Assembly: GCA_026936335.1 (NCBI GenBank)
Contig: JAPMXV010000029.1
Coordinates: forward strand, 310,001 to 374,000
Length of the DNA: 64,000 bases
DNA from: Mantamonas sphyraenae STR306
Lineage: Eukaryota > Protista > CRuMs
Direction of reading: 5' to 3'
Part shown: piece by piece, positions 46,757 to 59,104 of the stretch
Layout: every line of letters starts with the position of its first letter
Numbering within the stretch: the stretch's first letter is position 1
Notes under the pieces: model-generated
What the model was told of the DNA's origin: nothing
The model's input: the letters and a program-made list of their open reading frames with translations, nothing else
Database searches by the model: none
Position numbers and translations under genes: made by a program

Positions 46757-49493
46757 ATGCTCGCTGTCCCTTTGACCGAGCCTGTGCATGGCCTTGCTCC
46801 TGCTCCGATCCACCCAACGGAATCCCAGATGCAGGACGCGGTCGAAGCCCAGGAGGCGGCCGTCGAACGCGTCGCCATGAAGCTCAAACACGTCGAGGAT
46901 CTCGACCAGCGTACGTGTCCCCTTGTCTTGCCGCAGCATGTCCCTCAATCTCCATGCACTCACGCCGCGTGTGACCCTTCCAGTCGAGAGCATCCGCCTC
47001 GACTTTATGCGCCTCAAGGGTTCCGTCGATTCGCAGCTGAAAACCGCCGTCCAGTCCCAGATTGACGAGGTTGCTGCAGGCATGGCCAAGCTCCATCGCG
47101 CCCAGCAAGAGTCTATCAAGGTCCGCCAAAGGTTGGTCGTCCGAATGCGCTTGTTCCCGGCCACGATGTGACCAGCGTTGCGTTTGCCAGCGAACGCTTC
47201 TCCCTCCCGCTCACACGCATCTTGCGTGCCTCCGCAACTCACTCTGACCGCGGCCGTGCTCGCCACCTACCCGTGCGCCAGTTTTGCTGCTATCAACAAG
47301 GCTTGTCACGATTGCATGTCACTGTTGGAGAACTACGAGGTGATCAAGCGAGTCAACACTGTGCGCTCGAATCTGCTCAACACCAAAAAGGAGCTGGAAC
47401 GCATCACCAGCATCCCAGACACGGTGGCCGAGCTCCAGGCCGCCCTCGAGTCGGAAGACGCCGACCTTTTGTACATCCACCAGGAGATTCGCATCCTGCA
47501 ACAGCGACGGGACCTGGCTCTCGCCGCCGCTGAAGATCGCGACAAACCCGTCCTGCGCGACATGTTTTCCCAGGTCAAGGTGCTCAGCAACCAGTTGGAG
47601 CAGATGCTGTGGTCGTGCTTGCGCAACGTCATCGCACGTGCACAGCACACCCCGGGCCGGGTCGTCCGTGTCCTGCAGATCATTGAGCGCGAGGAGAGGT
47701 TTGACCAGTATGTACTGGAGCAGCAGGATGTCGCCTACAGGCAAGCTGGCAGTGCCGCCGCAGCTGCTGCCGCCGCCGTCGCCTCGCTCAGCCCTGCCAC
47801 CTCGGCCGAGCCGCTCGGACAGAGTTCGGGCGACTCTGTGTCGGCCACCGCGTCGTCCTCCTCCTCATCAACATCATCATCCACCGCCCAGGCTGCCCAG
47901 AGCACCATCTTTGAAAACCACCAGGACAAGCTAGTACAGACCAGCAAGGCGTCTCAGGATCTCAAGCATTTGAAAACACGGGCCTTGAAGATGGAGGCCT
48001 TCAACGTGATCCGCAGTGCCATCTCGGCTCGCTTTGAGGGCGAGTACGCAAACATGCAGACGCTGGACGAGGTGCTTCAAGCCAGCGAGTTTGTGCTGGA
48101 CGACCTCTCGCTCGTGTTGGACGTGGTGGCACCCTGCTTCCCGCCGCACTATGAAATCTTTATGTTCTACGCGTCGCAGTACCACCTGCGCCTGTACAAG
48201 CAACTCGAAAGCGTGGCTACGCACGATGCGGAAACCAGCGAAATTCTGGACACTGTCAACTGGATCAACGAGTATGAAACGCAGATCCGCCGCCTGGGCG
48301 CAGATGTCAACGAGCTGGCACCGCCTATGATGAACGCCGTCCAGAAGCTGCTGAGCAAGTACATCGAAAAGATCAACACAATGATGGTCGACTGGGCCAA
48401 CCGCATTCTGAAGGAAGAAATCCATGTGCAGGAACCGGAGGTCATCCACGGCCTGTTTCACACCATGGGCCACCGCGATCTCTTCCAGATGCTCAACTCG
48501 CAGATCGAGGCTGCTGTAAGTAACAGTGCAGGTGGCGAGGGTCGCTTCCTTAAGGACGTGGCCACCGAATGCCTGTGTGCAATCGAGATCTACCAGAACG
48601 GAATGCTGGAGCACCTGTACCGGGGTATTGACGACGAAGAGGGAATCAACGGGTTCAACTTTGGCATCACCATCGCCATTATCAACAAGAGCATGCAATG
48701 CGTGGACTATCTGAGCGAGTTTAGCGACAAGGTGTGCCTGTTGCTGCAGCCAGAGGTTGCGGACGAGTTTACGCAGTTTGTGGCGCCATACACACACAAT
48801 TTTGGCAAGATGGCCAAGGTTGCGCTTTCCAACATGGCAGACCAGATGTTTAGCGTGGTGGCAGAGGAGATGGACATGTTCTTCAACGTGGAGGCGTGGG
48901 TGAGCCAGAATCCGATGGGAACGGTGCTGGGCACGCTACGGGACTACTTTGACAACGTGTGCAAGGTGCGCATGGAGGAGATCTACACAAGGAAGCTGGC
49001 CGAGGAGTGCTTCAATAGGCTGATCCGAGGCTACCTGGGACCATTGTGGTTGCGCAAGCACGGCCTGGTAAACGGAGCCGAGGTGTGCACGCTGATCAAC
49101 AGTGACTACAATCTTATCAAAGAGGCCTTTGCAGAGTATCTGTCGCGCAAGAAGCTGGACAATTCCATCCAGATCATTGCCGAGGTGCAAAAGCTGTTTG
49201 CAGCCACCCCGGACGACTTGATCATCATCTACTCGGGTTTCCTGAAGGCCTATCCCGAGTGTACGGTGGAAATGATCGAGGTGATCCTGAATATGCGCAA
49301 TGACTGGCCAAAGGCTGCGTCTTCCGAGCTCTTGGGCGACTGCCGCAACCTGCGCGAGAAGCAACTGCAAGGCAAGACTGTCAAGCGAGGTGTGCTCCAC
49401 GAGATTGTGCAAATGATGGAGAAGGATCACGGATCACTGGGCAAGATCTCGCGTGTGCTGACGGTGCGAGGGCGTGCTGGACATCACGAATGA
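46757..49493 (+). CDS. EXOC3: Exocyst complex component Sec6/EXOC3
   Basis: KGSVDSQLKTAVQSQID, VVRVLQIIEREERFD, DDL..V...VAPCFPPHYEIF.FY...YH, DLFQMLNSQI, GTLRDYF. Two 5' introns. Start may instead be 46829. Confidence 0.92.
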
Positions 49494-49540
49494 GACATGA
49501 GATACATGTATTTTGCTTGCTTCCCACCTCAACTCTTCAG

Positions 49541-51556
49541 CTACAGCTCGTCCTTGCCATGGTCGGCCCTCTTTGGCTCTGGATGTTCGTCGACGTTGTT
49601 CTGTGTGGGTCCATGCTCCTTTTCCCAGGCACCGACGCGCTCGTAAAGATAGTCCAGAATCTGGCTCTGCTCCTCGGCGTGTCGCTCCTTCCACTTGCGA
49701 ATGAAAGCCTTGCTAGCCTTGCGGGCGACCTTTTTGATCTTCTTCAGGCTCTTGCTTGTGGCGCGCCTGAAATCAAAGCGGTGAACCTCCTCGGGCATGA
49801 CGCCGTCGATGGGGCGAGTGCTGTTGCTGTCGAGCTGTACGTTTGTTTCGATGGCATGGTCGCAGTAGCTGTGTACGTTCTTACGCGGACAAGGCTTGTA
49901 GTACGGGCCGTCCCTGTACTTCATTTCCCAGATTTTGCTGCAGATGGGCTTGTACACCAAGCAGAACTTCTGCGGCAGGTTTTCGTGCTCGCAGTCCCAA
50001 AACAGTTCGTTCTGTGCACGCATGGTGTGAGTACGGCCCTAAATGGGATGTGCCTGGGTAGGGACGACGGCACACAGTCGCTGTACATACCTTAAACTCG
50101 TTGTAGTTCCAGTAGTTGACAAAGTTTTCGCTCATGGCAATGCTTGTCTCGATGACATAGGTGGCGTGATAATAGTGGCCGCTCCAGAAGAGAATCTCGC
50201 CTGGGTTGAGGATAAAGTCGTAAAACGGCTTGGCGTGCTTGAGGGAAGGCGCAGTGGGGCGGTAGACGTCGTGGGCGCCGTCTGCGAGAGGTTCAGCAAG
50301 GTAGCCCGGGTACAGGCGCCAACGCTTGCGGCCGTACACCTGCACGCTGTACGCAAAGGTAGCCAGGGCGTCCTGGTGGTTCTCGATGCCTGCACGTCGT
50401 AGGCAAGAAGGGTAAGCAGAACGCACGGGAGGGGGAGAGATGGGGCTGGCTGCGGGCGACAAACTCACCCGAGTGCTTGGCTCCGATGTACAGGGCGCGC
50501 GCAGTCGTCTTTTTGTGAGGCTGGCTGTGGGATGGAGTGGTGGGTGGTGTAGGGAGTCGGAGAGAGTGGAGTGCAAGGTGTGAGGGTGTGTGCACGAGGC
50601 TGTTTGGCGAAAGGAAGCTTCACGAACCCTGTGCAAAGGACCATGTAGTCTGTGCAACGAAGAAACGGGGACATGGCACGCAAAAGGTGTGTTTGCACAT
50701 GTCGAGATGCATGAGGGGAGGCGGATAGAGCTTTGTGTGAGCGTGGGTGCCAAAGAAAACCAAAAGGTGGCCGGAGGAATAGGAAGAACACGTGTTGGCC
50801 AAACGCACCGTCAGCAAAGTAGTGGGGAATCTCCACGTCGTCCATGAGGCCTCCACTGTTGATACCCAGTTGGTGGGTGCCCATCTCACCGTAGGCCGGC
50901 ACACGAGCAGATGAATTGCGCATGTAGGCGAAAAAGTCTGGCAGGCGCACGTATTCGGTGCCGCCAAGGCCTTGGTCGCTTCCCCACTCCTTCTTGATCA
51001 TAGCGTCCGGAAACTGCTTCTCCAGCCACTCGGGCGTCCATTTGCCCACGGCAGGCCACTCGGACGCCACGCCCGTGATGATCACCGGCGTGCCCGTGGC
51101 CATGTACTTGAACACTGTGTGTGTGTGTGTGTGTGATGTGGCGCAAACACCCGGCGTCAGTCAAGCGCACACCTTTCCACACGTGCGACAAGCAAGTCAG
51201 GGCTTCCATGAGCCCAAGTTGAACTGGCGATAGGGCCATGATTGTGTACACTCACCAAACTCGTCGTAGGACAGCTTGTGGCGTCGGTCAATGGCCATGC
51301 GTCCGCTCTCCTCCCCGACCGGTTCGATGGGGATGGGACCCTCAAAGTCGGCATGGTTTGGGTCTGTGCGCGTGTCATACTTGGGGTCCTTGGGATCCGT
51401 GACAAACTTCCACTCGTTGGGCTGGAAGCCCTCGGCGTCCGGGCGGAACCCATCGGTTCCTTTGGGCATGTTGACAGGCGTCGAGTCCCTTTGGGCAAGC
51501 ACACCGTGCAACATCACGAGGAGCGCAAAGGCGACCGCGATTCGACGGGGCATCAT
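49541..51556 (-). CDS. Secretory-pathway JmjC/cupin 2OG-Fe(II) oxygenase with C-terminal KDEL
   Basis: Signal peptide (MMPRRIAVAFALLVMLHGVLA). JMJD4/6/8-like motifs IDRRHKLSYDEF, PVIITGVASEWPA..KWT, H-Q-D...GRKRWRLYP and LNPGEILF...YYHAT...ENF. Cys-rich C-terminus ending HGKDEL-stop. Several introns. Confidence 0.78.
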
Positions 51557-51673
51557 TGGAGCAGGTGCACGCAAGGAACGCATGAAAACGTGGGGTTTTT
51601 TGTTTTTTTGTTTCTCCACGTAGCGCAGCCACACCGGGCGTGGGTGTGGACCACACCATCCGCAATGCGGCGA

Positions 51674-53748
51674 CTACTCAGCCTTGAGGTGGTCGCCAGA
51701 GGTGGTGTTCTCAGCGGGGAGCTCCCACTCACCCAGCTCGCGAGTGAGCTCGTCGTCATCGAGCAGGTTGCGTCGCTTGTAGTTGACCCAGCACGGGGCG
51801 GCAGGACCGGCCACCATGTGGTTGTAGTCACACGGCGGGATGTCGCCGATGACCTCAAAGTCGTACAGACGCAGCAGGGTGCTCCAGATGGTCTTGATCT
51901 GCATGTAACCAAACTGTTCGCCCAGGCAACCGTGGCGGCCTGCGCCAAAGCCGATGAAGCTGAACGCGTTCTTCTTGTCCTCCTCGCGGCCCGGGCCAAA
52001 ACGGTGCGGGTCAAACTTGTCCGGGTTGGTGAAGAGTTCGGGCAGACGATGGGTCACCTTGGGGCTGACGGCCACAATGGTGCCCTCGGGAATGACGTAG
52101 TCCTTGTAGGTACGCTCCTGCTTGACGTAACGCATGAGCATAATGAGAGGAGGGTAAAGACGCAGGGTCTCCTTGACGGCGTTGTGCAGGTGCTTCATGT
52201 CGTGGAGTGCGTCGTACGTCAGATTGCCGCCGTACTCCTCAAGCACGGTCTTCTGCTCCTCAAGGATCTCGGGCAGGAATTCGCGGTTCTTGAACATCAG
52301 CATGCCGGTCCAGGTGGACGTGATCGAGCTGGTGTGCTGGCCTGCAAACAGACCGGCGACGAGCATGCCGGTGATTTCGTGCACCGTCAGCGGCGTGCCG
52401 TCCTTGTACGTGGCATCCATGAAGAACTGGAGCAGATCGTCGCCGACGTAGCCGCTCTTCTTGCGCTGTTCAATGACGCTCTCAAACAGCTTGCCCAGTT
52501 CGCGACGCGCGTTGTCGCGCTTGAATGCGCCTGGCATGGGCAAGTTCGGCAGGAAGACACCCACGGGGTTCAGTGCAGCCTCCAGATCGTGGTACAGGTC
52601 TGCAAACTTGCCGCGCTCCTGCATCGAGTCGCGGATTTCAGGGCCCAGCAGGCAGCGGGCGGCCGTAGAGATCGTCAGCTCGCTCAGCGCCTGGTGCAGG
52701 TCCATCTTGCCTCCTTTCGGGTGGCTGCAGAGGGTGTGGCGTGGGTCGCATGTGAGCACAGAGAGAGTGCATTCGTGGTGAGCGGGGTTGGGGCAAATGC
52801 ATGCATGCACAGCGTGCAGGGCCTGGGGGAACCGGCGTTGGGAAAAAATGCAGCGGGGCACAACTCACAAGCGCTCCTTGACAAACTGCTTGGTTTCCTC
52901 GATGATGATGGATGCATACGAGGCCAGCTTCTCCTTGGTCAGGCCGTTCTTGGTGATCTTCATCTGCTGGGTAAACACGTGCGGCTCGGCGTCGTACACG
53001 ATGCCCTGTAGTGTGGACGCAGGCGTGAAAAGATGCGGATGCGCACGGGGGGTGAGAACTCGTGCTGCGGCGAAAAAGAGCAAAGGCGGACAGACGTCCA
53101 CGGTTGTGTTCATCCCTCCTCCCTCGTCCAGAGCATATAGGGTGCACACATGTGCCTGGGCAAAGTAGCAGGGGCGAATGGGCAGCCACATACCTCGCCA
53201 AACACGGGCTTGACAAACTCGTACACCTCTTGGGGTGAAAGCTGGGAGTCGTTGGCGCGGAACAGCACGGCGTTGGCCTCGCTGCCACACAGGATGGTCA
53301 CCTCCTTGCCAAACAGCGTCACAGTAAAGATGTCACCCAGCTATACAGATGGACACGACGGACAACACGAAAGGAGCACAGCGTGCAGTTGTACGCAGGC
53401 GCGGGTGTCAGCTCATGGCGTGGCCAGCGAAAATTCTGCAAGGAAAGTTCACGAAGAAGAGGGCAAAGAGGTGTGCTGTGTTTGTGACGGACATGCAGGG
53501 CCAATGGGCACTTCACAGGCACTTACCTGCTTGCGCATGTTGGTGATCATGTTCACCGGCGACATGGCAAACGGAACGACGGAACCGAACCACGGCAACC
53601 AGGAGCGCACGTACGGCGGTGAGTTGGCCGGGCGCGGCCAGTACACGTACGCCAGGTAGATGAGACCCAGGGCAATCATGGCAGCCTGGTTCACGGTGAG
53701 GCCCGCAGCTTCGATTTGTGCGAGCACCTGATCCTTAAGGTTCTCCAT
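51674..53748 (-). CDS. CYP51: Sterol 14-alpha-demethylase (cytochrome P450 51)
   Basis: Motifs PVFGEGIVYD, AGQHTSS, KETLRLYPP and heme-binding FGAGRHGCLGE. N-terminal TM. Three introns. Confidence 0.95.
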
Positions 53749-53812
53749 GCTTTCGACTTTGCGGTGTCGCCGCTCGCGCTGACCAGCGCAAGACGTTTCG
53801 CCCATCAACAAC

Positions 53813-54724
53813 ATGCACCTTCCGCGGCAGCTCTTGGCACTTGCAGCGATGTTGTTTGTCATCCATGTCGTCATTGGCCAGAAGGACTGTGGCACAGGCG
53901 AGGGCGTCAACAAGGTGGGCAAACCCAACCTGTGCGAAAGCGAGGAAGGTCTGCCCCTGTGTGTCCTCAAACCCTCCAAGAACAATGACACCACCGACAG
54001 GGTCTACCATTGCTCTGCGTGCGACCCCACTCTGCCCAACAAAGACTGCCAATGCCCCGTGGCCTCGTACTGCGTCTCGGATCCTGCAAACGTGTGTTGC
54101 CAGCCCCCCTTTGCACAGCCAACGCCTTCCCTTGCCAATCCCACACACCACCACCCCGCCACGTATTTGCCGTGAACGCATGTCTCCATCCGCTCGGTAG
54201 CCCCCCGCGTGTGCCCCAGCCCCTTCCCTCATTGAGCCCCAAGACGACGGCTGCCGCCAAGCCGCCAACGGTTGGTTGCAGGCGTTTCGCCCCCTGGCCG
54301 CTCACACACTGCCTTGTCTCCACAGGAAAACTATGCCAGCTGCCAGCCACGTGACTATGCGGCGTATGGCAAGCCCTGTGTGCCCAACATTGTGCCGTCA
54401 GAGGAGCTGAAGAACGAAAAGATGTTCTGTGGCAAAGCCATCTTCAAGGACAAGAAACTGTCCGTCATTGAGTGGCAAGGAAGCTGCGTGCGTGGCGTCT
54501 GCCAAGAGTGCGCCGTCGCAGGTTTCCTCTCCTACCAGTCACCCATCTGCCCCGACATGCGAGAGTGTCTGCCGGCCGGCTACATTGTCAGCGGCACGGC
54601 GCGTGCCAACAGCTGGTCCAACCTTGCCGACAACGCCATTTCATTGCTCCAAGCCATTTGGTTCCTTGTGCCCGTGCCCATGCTCCTCACCATGGCCATC
54701 TGCTGGTGCAGCCGCTCGCGATGA
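53813..54724 (+). CDS. Cys-rich type I membrane protein, paralog C
   Basis: Signal peptide MHLPRQLLALAAMLFVIHVVIG. Intron 54092-54325. CSACDPTLPNKDCQCPVASYCVSD...MFCG...EWQGSCVRGVCQEC...CPDMREC...NSW, then a TM. Confidence 0.8.
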
Positions 54725-54730
54725 TGAGGC

Positions 54731-56254
54731 TCACGCAGGAATGTGTTCAATGCTCTCGGGCCGCACGTGCTCCGGATACTTCGGGTACACGCGCTTGTAC
54801 AGACTCATGCACACGGTGTCACTAAAATCCACTTTTCCGTCAAAGATGCAGCGCATGTGGCCGTGCTCGCCCACAGGGCACTTGATGTTGCCGATTCGCC
54901 CTCGCTTTGTCCACAGTGCCACGGGCTTGAAGTAGCGTACGTCGTCCACGTTCCAAAACATGAACCGCACCACCACGCTCTTCTTGTGCACGCGGAACGG
55001 ATAGCCCGTGAGCACCACCCGCTTCAGCACAATGCGGTCGGGGTCCGTCGACACCAGCGTCCCGCTCGCCACCAGGATCGGATCCCCCTCCTCTGGTTGC
55101 ACGTACACAAGTGCATTTGCAGGCGGATATTGGATCGGCGCATAGATAGTGGCCACTGAGAACCGATCGTGCAGCAGAAAGCGCTCAAACTTGTGCTTGT
55201 CCACGTTGGGCGAGTCTTCCGAGAAGATTGGCTTCGCTTCAATGCCGTTGTGGAAGCCGCAGCTGAAGAACAGTGTGTCCTTCGACTTGATGGGCTCTGT
55301 GTAGTTGTTTGTGCGCTTGATCTTAAAGTGAAGCGTGCTCACCTTGTTCTCGTGTTGCAGCTGGCCGCTCGCAATCACGGGCTCCTCCTCATTGAACTCC
55401 TCTGCAATGTCCACAGGCACGTCGCGCAGTTGAATGGTGATGTATGCCCCCGCAGGCACCGTTCCAAACTGTGCATCGCTCAGCACCGCCTTCTTTGTGT
55501 GCTCAAAGTTTTCAAACTGGAAAATCGTCCCGTACTCTACAGGCAGCGCCAGCTTCGGATCCCACTCCGAGTGCCGGAAGCTGTCCAGCTTGCGATACTT
55601 CTGGAACCGCTGCCTCGCTGCAATCTTCATCGGTGTGTCCACTTCGTCCGGCCATTGTGCATCCTCCGCCTCCCGCTGCATCATCAGCTCCCTGCGTGCC
55701 CTCTCCTCCTCTTCCTTGTCGTACTCCTCCGGCTCCACGTCATCTTCGTCATTGCTGTCCACCAGAGGCACCCACTCGGTACCGTCTGTGCCGTAGCCCA
55801 GTTCGCTCAACGCCGGCACACGGCTGCCAAATTCGGGCGCCTGTCCCTCGCCACCATTGCCGCTGCTACTGCTGATAGTGCCTCCGCGCACCTGAGCCCC
55901 ACGGGTGCGATCTGTGTTGTCCACTTCCATGTCGCGCTGCGACACGTAGTCCTCGTCATCCGCGTCGATGAACGCGTCCTCTTCGTACATCATGGGCGCA
56001 TCCGGGATCCACGCCGCCTGGTAGGCGTTGAAGCCCTTGGGAACAAGCTTTGTCACAGTGCGCTCGTTGTCGTACGCATCCGGCCACGTCTGCTCGTTCT
56101 CCAGAAGGTCTGGCGTGTTGAATGCCACTGGATCCTCGTGCTCGTCCTCTCCACACACATCCAACACCGCGCCTTCCTCAATGTCCTCCAGTTTCCACTT
56201 TCGCTTGCCTTCGTCCAGATCCAACTCGGCCGTGTTGCCGGAGGAGGAAGACGA

Positions 56255-56287
<33 letters not shown>

Positions 56288-57369
56288 TCCTCCCTTCCTG
56301 CGACGCATGGGCATCGGGTCTACGCCACCTTCGATGCGCTCAATGGAAAATGTGTCAAAGTTGGTGAGATGGACCAGCTGGGTGGCGCTGAGGGGCAGAC
56401 CACGCAGGTAGCCCGAGATGCGCAGAGAACACAATTGTTCGTCGTCGCCGTCGTCGCCCACCTGATCGTACCCGTCCGTCGAATACTCATAGTTATCCAC
56501 GAGCATGTATGGATGACGCTCACGCCACAAAATGCGCTTGACCTTGGCCTCGCACACGGCGCGAACAAGCAACCGTGCGGACGCGCCTCCATCGTCGTCG
56601 AGCTTGACGACCTTGTGGTCGCTGCCCAACTGATACTGGAGTGCGTCCGTGTGCATCTTTTTGGTTTTGTTGCGGTGCTTGGTGGGCACCGCGTCCAGAT
56701 CCACCAGGGCGGTGATGGACGTGGGCATGCCCTGATACATAATCTGCGTCAGCAGGCTCTCTCCAAGCTCGTCCGCCTGGTCATGATTCACCGTATGCAC
56801 CAAAAGCACCACATCAGCCACTTTGGCCGCATCCAACACGGGCGTCAACTCGCGCACGGGTGTCACCAGTGTCAGCCGCTGCTTGAACTCCGGCAGCCGC
56901 ACCGTCTGCGGACCCGCCAGCACATCCAGCTGCTCCTCGTTGTTCTCATTGTGGGCGTCGATAAACACAGACTTGGCCGCCATCACATCCACGTCCTCGT
57001 GCAACGCCAGGATCATCTGCAGGTGGTGGGGGAGCCGCCTCGTGAGCAAAATGCAAGGCTGGAAAATCCGGCCCCAGCGCCTTGGGGTCCACACAGTCCC
57101 ATGCCACTTACCAGGATCTTTGGAGGGCCTCCGGAGCCCCCCATCTCTCGGATGCGCTGCTTGGCGGCTGCTTTTTTGTTCTCGCGCACCTGCTTGGCCG
57201 TGTTGCGTCGTTGCTGCCTTCCTTCGTTCACCAGCGAGCCCACGGACTGCGTGCGGATCGAGTCTCTGTGGATCTTGCCTCCACTGGCTTTCTTCAAGCT
57301 ACGCTTCGACCGATGCTTGCCCCCCTTGTGTGGGTTCTGTTTCTGCTTGTTCCGGTGCACGGTCGACAT
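54731..57369 (-). CDS. TSR1: Pre-rRNA processing protein TSR1
   Basis: KQKQNPHKGGKHRSK, LDAAKVAD, ENEQTWP, VPKGFNAYQAAWI, PDEVDTP...ARQRFQKYR.L.SFR.S.WDP, GEHGHMRCIFD, DTVCMSLYKRVYP. One 5' intron. Confidence 0.95.
56256..56285. repeat. (GAC)10 microsatellite encoding poly-Ser in TSR1
   Basis: Directly visible. Confidence 0.9.
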
Positions 57370-57448
57370 GGGAGCTGGTTTCGGTGGGCAGGCAAGGGCT
57401 GCGTCTGCGCCGCCAGCAGCAAGTGACATCCACACGCACACGTTGAGC

Positions 57449-58575
57449 ATGTCTGCAGGTGACACTGTCGATGCAGCGGGTGTAGACAGTGATGGTGACC
57501 TGGAAGAACTCGACTTTGACGTCGAAGAGGCCATGCACTGGCAGGAAGACGCACAGCTTGCGTCCCTACTTCCACACACAGACGTTTCAGAGCCCGCCCT
57601 GGCACAGGAGGGAGTTGTAGTCGCACACACAGGGGAGAGTTTGGGCCACGCCGACTCTTTGGAGAAGTACGGTACATCGTCGTCCCAATCCAAGGCGGCA
57701 GTGCGCGCCGAAATACTCGACGGCGTTGAACAGAGCTCGGGCTCATTTGAGGACGACATGGATCAGCTGCAGTCCGCGATGGAAGGAGTGATGTCTTCGA
57801 TGATGGGCATGCAATCGTACGAATCATTCTTGGGGATGTTCAGCCATCTGACCGCCGGGGAGGCGGCGAAAGAGTTTGATCTGGAGGCAGAGATCAGGGC
57901 CGACCTCGATGCCGCCATGGATATCCTCAACACCAACACAGAGGCCCAAGAAAGCGTGCGCAAGGCAGCAGCTGAGCAGTTGGAGCAGTTTGAAGCGTCC
58001 CTGTCCCGACAAAAGGCCAAGGAAAGGCGGTTGAAGGAGCTGCTGAGTGATCAACCGTTTGTAGGCGGCAGTGAGGAAGGCACAGAGGCAGGCGGTCGAG
58101 CACTTCTGCACCGGCGTACTACAAACCCATGCACATGAAGAGCACCGGGAGTGGGCATGAGGAAGGCGTGGAAGAGCTGGAGCTAGGCCGGGGCATGACA
58201 ACTGTGTTGGGCTTCAGCGAGTTTTCGTCGTCTGCAGCAGTAGACACGTACTTGGACAGCAACGTGGACGAAGAAGACGGGATGTGGGAAGACATGTACA
58301 GTGGCGGCAGCAGCAGTGGGGTCGGGTCAAGCAAGGCAGGAGTAGGGTCGGACGACTCTACGAGCATCACGGTAGTCGGCCACGATGGGCAGATCAGCCA
58401 GGTGGAGCGTGAAGAAGAAGTTTTGGTGACAGCGGATGTGGAGGATTTTGAGTACGATGCAGAATTTGATTACGACAACATTGACGCGAGCACGCTGACG
58501 CCCAAGTTTGGGCCGCAGAGTGAGGAAGCTCAGGAGGCTTTCAGGCGATTCAAGGGCAAGGAGGCGGCCGAATAG
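57449..58575 (+). CDS. IFTAP/C11orf74-like intraflagellar transport-associated protein; apparent frameshift at ~58095
   Basis: QSYESFLGMFSHL and the C-terminal DFEYDAEFDYDNI...LTPKF resemble the two conserved IFTAP blocks as I recall them. The two blocks lie in different frames. Confidence 0.55.
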
Positions 58576-58601
58576 CCTGCCCCGTCGGATCTGTGTTCAT
58601 G

Positions 58602-59049
58602 TTACATGTCCATGGCACCGCCGAGCTGAGGATATGAGGGAGCAGCAAGGCGTGTGAGCGGAGTGGGAAAGCGGGCGGAAGTACGCGGACAAGGTGATCG
58701 GGAAACAGCGAACAAAACACACGTTAATCATGTCGATGACGGAATCACTAAGCTGTGCAGGACTAAACACCTCCCCAGCTTCAAAAAAATCCAGGTTCTG
58801 GACGTCGTCGCCTCGTGTCTTGACGCCGACAACGGGCTGAGAGGGCATGTTGGCCCACAGCAGCGCTGACGAGCCACTGGAGACCCCACTGCTGCTCACG
58901 CTGCTGCTGCTGCTACTACTGCTGCCGCCGCTACTCTGTGCGTTCTTCACCGCATTGTGCCCGTAGCGGAATCGGATGGATGGTTTCCTCATGGCGTGCT
59001 GTGCAAAAGACCTGGAATGTCCTGGCGGCGGATGGGCGGTGGGCAGCAT
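58602..59049 (-). CDS. KGD4/MRPS36-like alpha-ketoglutarate dehydrogenase adaptor subunit
   Basis: N-terminal RKPSIRF, a Ser-rich linker, and C-terminal LSDSVIDMIN|LGGA formed via intron 58722-58626. Start may instead be 58992. Confidence 0.6.
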
Positions 59050-59104
59050 GCAGGACGGAAGCGACTGTGGAAAAGCGACCAAGGATTGTGGGAGACGACA
59101 GACT

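Noticed and set aside
51242-53011. 589-aa + strand ORF
   Set aside because: Antisense shadow of CYP51 and the JmjC 5' exon.
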